Shown here: positions 57,898-64,000 of the stretch, in pieces | Layout: each line of letters begins with the position of its first letter | How positions within the stretch are numbered: position 1 is the stretch's first letter | Origin: an uncultured Bacteroidota bacterium | GTDB taxonomy: Bacteria > Bacteroidota > Ignavibacteria > UBA10030 > UBA6906 | Direction: 5' to 3' | DNA length: 64,000 nucleotides | NCBI GenBank assembly: GCA_963700635.1 | Contig: CAVOYH010000003.1 | Location: 1,760,001-1,824,000 of the forward strand | Program-made: the position numbers and the translations under genes | Notes under the pieces: model-generated | The model's database searches: none | What the model saw: only the letters and a program-made list of their open reading frames with translations | Told to the model about the DNA's origin: nothing

Positions 57898-57960
57898 TTG
57901 TTCTTCCAGTGGCATTGTGTTATCTTTGCACTAATAAAACGTTGTTTAATTGAATAAACA
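57898..57960 (+). promoter_or_regulatory. iclR promoter with KdgR-like palindromic operator
   Basis: TTGTTC-17-TATCTT (57898-57926; also fits the Bacteroidota TAnnTTTG element), then AATAAAACGTTGTTTAATT (57933-57951), a dyad resembling the KdgR box. Confidence 0.65.
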
Positions 57961-57969
57961 GCGCTGACC

Positions 57970-58752
57970 ATGGCAAACGAATACACCGTTCCCGCGGTCT
58001 ATCGGGCTGTTCAGGTGCTGGAGATCCTTGCAGGGGCGCACACCGGCTTCTCGCTTGCCGACCTCTCCCGACAGACTGGCATCCCCAAGAGTTCATTGTT
58101 CCGTATCCTTCTCACCCTTGAGAAGTCCTCGATCGTGCAGCTCGACCGTGACCGCAACGTGTTCAATCTCGGTGTGAAGCTGATTGACTGGGGAAATCGG
58201 GCCCTGGACAAGATCGACCTGAAAACCATCACCCACCCGCATCTTATGCGGATGGCTCATGAGACCCGCGAGAGTTACTACGTTGCCGTGCTTGACGAGT
58301 ATGAGGTGATCATCATTGACCGGGCCGACACGCCGGAAATCTGGCGCATGGTGGCACGGCTCGGCCAACGCTCTCCCGTCCACGCAACCGCATCGGGCCA
58401 GATTCTCATTGCGGAGGCCGGCGAGGAGGTGTTGGATGCGGTGGTAGCCCGCTCGGCGCTCAAGAAGTTCACGCCCCGCACGCTCACCACCGTCTCCCGT
58501 ATCAAAGACCGGCTGCGCGAGATCCGGCGCAGCGGCTATGTTGTTGCGGACGCAGAATACAAGCTGGACCTGTGCGTCATCGCCGTGCCCATCAGGGACC
58601 ACCACGGCAAGGTCGTCGCCGCCCTGATGACGGCGCTTCCATCGGAACGGCTGAAACGCAACCGTCTCCTCTCACATCAGATTGTGGAAATCCTCAAACG
58701 GGAGGGTTTTGTGATCTCCCGTGAAATTGGATATCAGGGATCGCCCGCATGA
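57970..58752 (+). CDS. IclR family transcriptional regulator
   Basis: VPAVYRAVQVLE, HTH GIPKSSLFRILLTL, PVHATASG, FTPRT, IAVPIRD. Confidence 0.95.
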   Translation: MANEYTVPAVYRAVQVLEILAGAHTGFSLADLSRQTGIPKSSLFRILLTLEKSSIVQLDRDRNVFNLGVKLIDWGNRALDKIDLKTITHPHLMRMAHETRESYYVAVLDEYEVIIIDRADTPEIWRMVARLGQRSPVHATASGQILIAEAGEEVLDAVVARSALKKFTPRTLTTVSRIKDRLREIRRSGYVVADAEYKLDLCVIAVPIRDHHGKVVAALMTALPSERLKRNRLLSHQIVEILKREGFVISREIGYQGSPA

Positions 58753-59576
58753 ACAAACCCGAACCTCTTGCGCTGGGCATTGTCAGCGATGAAATCACCA
58801 ACGATTTCGGCGAAGCGCTCCGCCATGCGCTCTCCTGGGGCATCCATCGGTTTGAACTTCGCTGCCTGAGCACCGGGCGTGTCCCCCGTGTGAGCGGCGA
58901 AGAACTCCGCACGGTTGCGTCGCTGGTGCGCGAGCACGGCGTCCAGATTACGGCGTTGTCCCCGGGCATCTTCAAGGCGCATCTTTCGAAAACGGATGAG
59001 CTCGATGAAGAACTCCGTTCGGTCCTGCCCGCCACCATCGACCTTGCCCAACAGTTTTCCTGTCCGCTGATCATCGCGTTTGGATTTCAACGTGAGGATG
59101 GGGAGCCGGGGGACCGCTATCAGCGGGCGGTGGAGTACATGCGCCGGGCGGCGGAGCTGGCCGGAGCGGCGGGAATCCGGATCGCGATCGAAAATGAACC
59201 GGGGTTCTGGTGCGATACGGGGGTCAATACAGCCCGGTTGATCCGCGACGTCAATTCGCCTTCCCTCGGCGCAAACTGGGACCCGGGAAACGCCTACGGG
59301 ACCGCCGAAAAGCCCTACCCGGAAGGATACGAGGCCCTGAAGAAGAGTATCATCAATGTTCATGCAAAAGACACTGCTGTCGGCTCGCTGATCCGTTGCA
59401 TTCCCATCGGCGAAGGGGCCATCGACTGGAAGGGCCAGGTGGGGGCTCTGCTGCGCGACCGGCCTGTTGAGCATATCACGATCGAAACGCATTGTCATCC
59501 CCTCGTCGAAAACTCGCGGCGCAATGTTGAAGTCCTGCAGCAGATGATGGAACGTGCCCTGCGCGGGCACACGTAG
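58749..59576 (+). CDS. Sugar phosphate isomerase/epimerase (xylose isomerase-like TIM barrel)
   Basis: SDEI, IENE, NWDPGN, VHAKD, IGEGAIDW, IETH; metal ligands intact. Confidence 0.9.
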   Translation: MNKPEPLALGIVSDEITNDFGEALRHALSWGIHRFELRCLSTGRVPRVSGEELRTVASLVREHGVQITALSPGIFKAHLSKTDELDEELRSVLPATIDLAQQFSCPLIIAFGFQREDGEPGDRYQRAVEYMRRAAELAGAAGIRIAIENEPGFWCDTGVNTARLIRDVNSPSLGANWDPGNAYGTAEKPYPEGYEALKKSIINVHAKDTAVGSLIRCIPIGEGAIDWKGQVGALLRDRPVEHITIETHCHPLVENSRRNVEVLQQMMERALRGHT

Positions 59577-59628
59577 GCCGGCTCGACATACACACACTAC
59601 CAGCGCACAGGGAAGGAATCACAACCGC

Positions 59629-61647
59629 ATGTCTCCGACACGGAGGTCATTCTTGAAAGCGGGCGCGATGACGGCGGCCGGGCTTTCTCTCGCACCGCCT
59701 CTCATCCACTCCTTCCCCGCAGACCCTCTCCAGAAACCGAAAGCCGCGCACGGATTGCTGTTTGACCCGGCAGACCTTCCCCGCATCCGCTCGACGGTTC
59801 GCCTCCCCCGGTTTGCTCCCTTCTGGCAGTCGCTGCGCGATGCCGACCTGGCCGCCGACCGGAAATTCCTCTCGGAGGAACTGCGGCTGAACAACCATGT
59901 ACGGGACATGCTGCGCGCCAGGCAGATCCTCGAGCGCACCGCGTTTGTCTATGCCCTGACAGAAGACCGCCCGCAGCGTGAAGTGGCCGGGCTGGCGATC
60001 GAACGGCTTCTCCAGTACAAACGGTGGGACTATTTCCTGGAAGGCGGGGAGGAAACAATCGGCCTCCAGCGCGCCCCCGAGGCGACGATCGCAATGGTGT
60101 GTGCCCTGGAGTGGCTCGGTTCCGCATTGCCGGCGGACCTCCGCACGGAGATGGAGCATCAGATCGCAGAGAAAGGGGCCCCGGCCTGCTACCGGACCCT
60201 GTATGGCATGAAATATCCCGAGAGGGTCCGGGGATGGGGATTCGACCCGGAGAGCGACTACGCCTACCGTTTTGATCTTCGCCGCTGGCCGTTGATCTTG
60301 AACTCAACAAACCTCAAGGTGATTCCCATTGCCGGCCTTATGCTCGCCGGCTGCCTGCTCCAGAACAAGCATCCACAGGCGTCACGGTGGGTTGATCTTG
60401 CCCTGCAGAGCGCAACCGCCTTCTCGACCATGTACGGCCCCGATGGAAGTTACGATGAAGGCGTCGGGTACTGGGGGTATACCACGCTTCATCTCGCACT
60501 TGCACTGGACGTGTGTTACCGTGCGCTCGGTCAGGACCATCGCCGGTTGATCAATTTCCCCGGAACCGTCCGCTATGCGCTCGCCATGGCGATGCCCACC
60601 GGCGGCCGCCCGCAGGACTGTGTGAACTTCGGTGACGCCTGGAACATGGGCGACATCTCCGTGGCCGCATGGACCGCCCACCTGCACAACGATCCGGTTG
60701 CGCAGTACGTGGCAACCCATATCGGCCTGATTCAGAGTCCGTTTGCGATCCTCTGGTATGACCCTGCAATTCCAGTCAAGCCCCCTCCGAAAAAACTTCA
60801 CACGGTCCGGCTCGCGAACGATCTGGTCATCACGCGGACCGGCTGGGACGAACGGAGCACGGTGGTGGCGTTGCGAAGCGGCGGACCGGCCAATCATGAA
60901 CACGCCGACCGGAACAGCGTTGTTTTTGCAGCCTACGGTGAGCGCCTCTTTCATGATCCCTTCAAGGCGGCCTATTCGTATACGGATCCGCTCTGGCTTC
61001 TCCGTCTGACGAAGGCCCATACCGCGGTGTTGATCAACGGAAAGGGTCACCAGTATCACGATGGACACGAGGGGACGAATGCATCCTGGGCCGAAGCCCG
61101 CATCGTATCGTATCGCCCGGGGACAGCATCGCTTGTGGCGACCAGCGATGCAACCGATGCGTACCGGCTTGTCGATCCGGCCGTGGCGTACGTGGCCCGC
61201 ACACTTGTGGTGCTGAAGCCGGACGTCCTCGTGCTGGTCGATACAATCCGGCTCCATGACCCCCCGCTGCCGGTTCAACTCCGCTTTCAGGTCGACAATT
61301 CGGATGGTGGCGGTTCCGCTGCCATGGAGGGGACCACGTTTCGTATCCTCCGTCCCGGAGCCACCCTTGCTGCGTCCGTTCATGGCGGCACCGACCTCAG
61401 GCTGCGTACGGGAACTCTCCCTCTCTCACCCGACCATGGAAGCCATCCGTTTGTCGAGGTAGAGTCCGGTCCGTCCGTTGAGCACTCGATCGTAACGGTG
61501 TGTACCGCACAGGAGCGCGGACGGGAGCACGGGACGTTGACCGTCGAACGCACGGGCACCCTGCTAACGATCCGTGGCAGGCACAACGCGCAGATGGTGG
61601 ATCTCCGTCTTGACCTTCACAACGATATTCCCGGGGTAACCCTATGA
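59629..61647 (+). CDS. Tat-exported heparinase II/III-family polysaccharide lyase-like protein
   Basis: MSPTRRSFLK Tat motif; DGSYDEGVGYWGY, NFGD, RTGW, HEHADRNS, AHTAVLING. Confidence 0.85.
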   Translation: MSPTRRSFLKAGAMTAAGLSLAPPLIHSFPADPLQKPKAAHGLLFDPADLPRIRSTVRLPRFAPFWQSLRDADLAADRKFLSEELRLNNHVRDMLRARQILERTAFVYALTEDRPQREVAGLAIERLLQYKRWDYFLEGGEETIGLQRAPEATIAMVCALEWLGSALPADLRTEMEHQIAEKGAPACYRTLYGMKYPERVRGWGFDPESDYAYRFDLRRWPLILNSTNLKVIPIAGLMLAGCLLQNKHPQASRWVDLALQSATAFSTMYGPDGSYDEGVGYWGYTTLHLALALDVCYRALGQDHRRLINFPGTVRYALAMAMPTGGRPQDCVNFGDAWNMGDISVAAWTAHLHNDPVAQYVATHIGLIQSPFAILWYDPAIPVKPPPKKLHTVRLANDLVITRTGWDERSTVVALRSGGPANHEHADRNSVVFAAYGERLFHDPFKAAYSYTDPLWLLRLTKAHTAVLINGKGHQYHDGHEGTNASWAEARIVSYRPGTASLVATSDATDAYRLVDPAVAYVARTLVVLKPDVLVLVDTIRLHDPPLPVQLRFQVDNSDGGGSAAMEGTTFRILRPGATLAASVHGGTDLRLRTGTLPLSPDHGSHPFVEVESGPSVEHSIVTVCTAQERGREHGTLTVERTGTLLTIRGRHNAQMVDLRLDLHNDIPGVTL

Positions 61648-62891
61648 AACCTTCCGACAAGCGATTTCAAGACGCACTACAGCTCATTCCCTGGGGGACG
61701 CAGACCAATGCGAAGCGCCCGTATCCCCCGTTTGAGGAGACGATGCCCAAGTTCATTGTGCGCGGCAAAGGATGCCGGCTGTGGGACATGGAGGGGAAGG
61801 AGTATATCGATTTCCGGCTTGCGCTTGGCCCGGTGACGCTGGGGTACTGCAACGACGAAGTGGATGCCGCGGTCCGTGCGCAACTGGCAAACGGCGTGCT
61901 GTTCAGCATGGCCAGCCCGATCGAACTCGATCTCGCCCGGCTCATCCACGACATGGTCCCGAATGCCGAGATGGTTCGCTTCATGAAAACAGGGGAAGAC
62001 GCGAACATGTGCAACGTCCGCATTGCCCGGGCGTTCACGAAGCGGGACATGATTCTGACCAGCGGGTATCACGGGTACCCTGACTGGTTTTCGACGGAGG
62101 GGATTCCCGACAACGGCGTCCCCCCGATCCTGAAAGAGTACGTCAAGGTGATACCGTGGGGGAACTGCGAAGAAGCGGAACGGTTGATCACGTTGTACGG
62201 CGAGCGGATTGCCTGTGTGATCTCCGTCGCCTATGATTTCAACGAGGATACGAGCGGCGACTACATCCGGTTTCTCCGCGAGCTGACGCGGAAACACGGT
62301 ATCCTGCTCGTGCTCGATGAAATCCTGACCGGTTTCCGGCTTGCACCCGGCGGGGCGCAGGAATATTTCGGCGTCGATGCGGATCTTGCGGGGTACGCCA
62401 AAGCCCTCGCCAACGGATTCCCTCTGTCCACGTATGTCGGACGCAAAGAGTACATGGAGATGTTGTATTCCTTCAAGATAACGACGACGTATGCCGGTGA
62501 GACGCTTTCGATGGCCGCAGCCATTGCGACGCTGACGATCATGAAGCGCGAGCGTGTTCACGAACATATCTGGGCCATGGGAAAGCGGCTGATGGAAGGA
62601 TTGTCCTCCGTGGCACGAGACGTCGGCGTCGAGGCGCAGCCGGCGGGGCTTCCTCCAGCACCATTTTTGAAGTTTATCCATCCCGACCCCCGGTTCCACG
62701 AGCGGCTGGAATTCCTCTGGCAACGTGAACTGTATCGGGAGGGGATTTTCGCGCATCCTCGCTGGTTCATCTCCTATGCCCACCAGCCGGCGGATATCGA
62801 TGAAGCGTTGGATAAAGCACGCCGCGCGCTCAAGCGGGCTGTCGAGGCCGAACCCCGGGAACGGGATACCATACAACCATTCTGGTGGTGA
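61644..62891 (+). CDS. Class III PLP aminotransferase (glutamate-1-semialdehyde aminomutase-like)
   Basis: GKGCRLWDMEGKEYIDF, GYHG, DEILTGFR, YAKALANGFP (PLP Lys), TTYAGE. Confidence 0.9.
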   Translation: MKPSDKRFQDALQLIPWGTQTNAKRPYPPFEETMPKFIVRGKGCRLWDMEGKEYIDFRLALGPVTLGYCNDEVDAAVRAQLANGVLFSMASPIELDLARLIHDMVPNAEMVRFMKTGEDANMCNVRIARAFTKRDMILTSGYHGYPDWFSTEGIPDNGVPPILKEYVKVIPWGNCEEAERLITLYGERIACVISVAYDFNEDTSGDYIRFLRELTRKHGILLVLDEILTGFRLAPGGAQEYFGVDADLAGYAKALANGFPLSTYVGRKEYMEMLYSFKITTTYAGETLSMAAAIATLTIMKRERVHEHIWAMGKRLMEGLSSVARDVGVEAQPAGLPPAPFLKFIHPDPRFHERLEFLWQRELYREGIFAHPRWFISYAHQPADIDEALDKARRALKRAVEAEPRERDTIQPFWW

Positions 62892-62893
62892 TC

Positions 62894-64000
62894 ATGAACG
62901 AACGCATCTACATCGACAGTAATGTCATGGTCGGCCGACGGGGTCCGAAAGACGTCGAGACCCCGGTCGATACTGAAGTCCTCCTTGACGAGATGGCATG
63001 GTGTGGTATCCATGGTGCGCTCATCGGGCACTGGCTCGGAAAAGAGTACGATTCCACCTATGGGAACCGGAAACTCCTGCGCGAACTGGCCAAAAGCCCC
63101 CGGCTCTACGGCGTCTGGTCGGTCATGCCGCATCACACCGGTGAGATGCCCCCGCCGCGAGATGTTCTGCAGGAGATGCGGGACAACAACATTCGTGCGG
63201 CAAAAATGTACCCGCGGTCCCAGCACTACTTTTTCAACGAGAAAGAATGCGGAGACTTGCTGGCAACGCTCGAGGACCAGGAAACCCTCCTGATTCTGGA
63301 GGGCGGGGGAATGTATGCACCGGATATCTTCGATCCCGCGAACCAGGTCCTTCTGGCCGATCTCGACGTCATCCTTGGCACGTACCCACGCCTCCGGGTT
63401 CTGCTGCAGAATGCCCGGTGGGATGCGACACGGTATCTCCACACCCTGATGAGGAACCACGCGAATCTCTACCTCGAGTTTTCCAACCACCAGGGCAACC
63501 GCGCGCTGGAGGTATTTGCGGAATGGTTTGGAGCAGAGCGGCTGCTCTTCGGGTCCGGTGCGCTCGACAAGTCGCCCGGTGCAGCCAAGGCATTTGTCGA
63601 TTATTGCACACTATCGGAAGAGCAGAAGCATCTGGTGGCTGGGGGCAATCTCGCGCGCCTGCTGAAGCTCGAGACTCTCCCCCCGCCGTATCGGGCGAAG
63701 AAGATCTCCGATCCCATCCTCGCCGCAGCCCGCGAGGGAAAGCCGTTGCGGGACACGCTGGTCATCGATGCCCATGCACACATCGCTCACAATGACGCGG
63801 TCGGCGTGGGCTTCATGTTCCAACCATACTCCGATGCTGCCGGGATGGCTGAACGCGCGAAGCTCATGGGGATGTCGCAGATGCATATCAGTTCCTGGGT
63901 CGGCATCTGGGCTGACTACGAGGATGGGAACGCCATCGTGTACGATGCCATGAAGAGGTTCCCGCGGTTCTACCGCGGCTATGCCACGCTGCAGCCTCAA
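62894..64000 (+). CDS. Tandem amidohydrolase (Amidohydro_2-like) protein, 3' end outside window
   Basis: Absent from the ORF track. Hand translation MNERIYIDSNVMVG...FGAERLLFGSG...GGNLARLL (domain 1), then VIDAHAHI (domain 2); open to the window end. Confidence 0.85.
   Translation, partial: MNERIYIDSNVMVGRRGPKDVETPVDTEVLLDEMAWCGIHGALIGHWLGKEYDSTYGNRKLLRELAKSPRLYGVWSVMPHHTGEMPPPRDVLQEMRDNNIRAAKMYPRSQHYFFNEKECGDLLATLEDQETLLILEGGGMYAPDIFDPANQVLLADLDVILGTYPRLRVLLQNARWDATRYLHTLMRNHANLYLEFSNHQGNRALEVFAEWFGAERLLFGSGALDKSPGAAKAFVDYCTLSEEQKHLVAGGNLARLLKLETLPPPYRAKKISDPILAAAREGKPLRDTLVIDAHAHIAHNDAVGVGFMFQPYSDAAGMAERAKLMGMSQMHISSWVGIWADYEDGNAIVYDAMKRFPRFYRGYATLQPQ

Noticed and set aside
61644-62891. 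hemL assignment
   Set aside because: GSA-aminomutase-like fold, but it lacks HemL-typical GGVNSPVR and SGTEA (has WGTQTNAK, TGEDA) and has no hem gene context.

Overview
A gene-dense, GC-rich (roughly 60% by eye) bacterial window, most likely from an FCB-group, Ignavibacteria-like organism. That assignment is inferred from a PorV-family gene, a T9SS-type C-terminal domain and a SusD-less TonB receptor. Almost the whole window is carbohydrate and peptide scavenging or catabolism. Back-to-back sigma70 promoters at about 35.34-35.43 kb split it into two arms. The leftward arm holds GH78, a TIM-barrel isomerase, a cupin, a Gfo/Idh/MocA oxidoreductase, an AGE epimerase, PhyH, an MFS sugar porter, GH51, an unknown GH, GH47, a sugar ABC transporter, a short Rho, S9 and M1 peptidases and PlsC. 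The rightward arm opens with a TonB receptor / T9SS-cargo / PorV-paralogue triad. It continues into about 21 kb of catabolic genes: MetE-core-like protein, PhyH, three unclassified GH-like proteins, PLP enzymes, twin SSS transporters, LarA, IclR, a heparinase II/III-like lyase and a tandem amidohydrolase. A KdgR-like operator is shared by the TonB receptor promoter and the iclR promoter. Two apparent +1 frameshifts are present, at about 40901 and 51531. No rRNA, tRNA, CRISPR array or mobile element was seen. All calls come from motif recognition only; no database searches were run.
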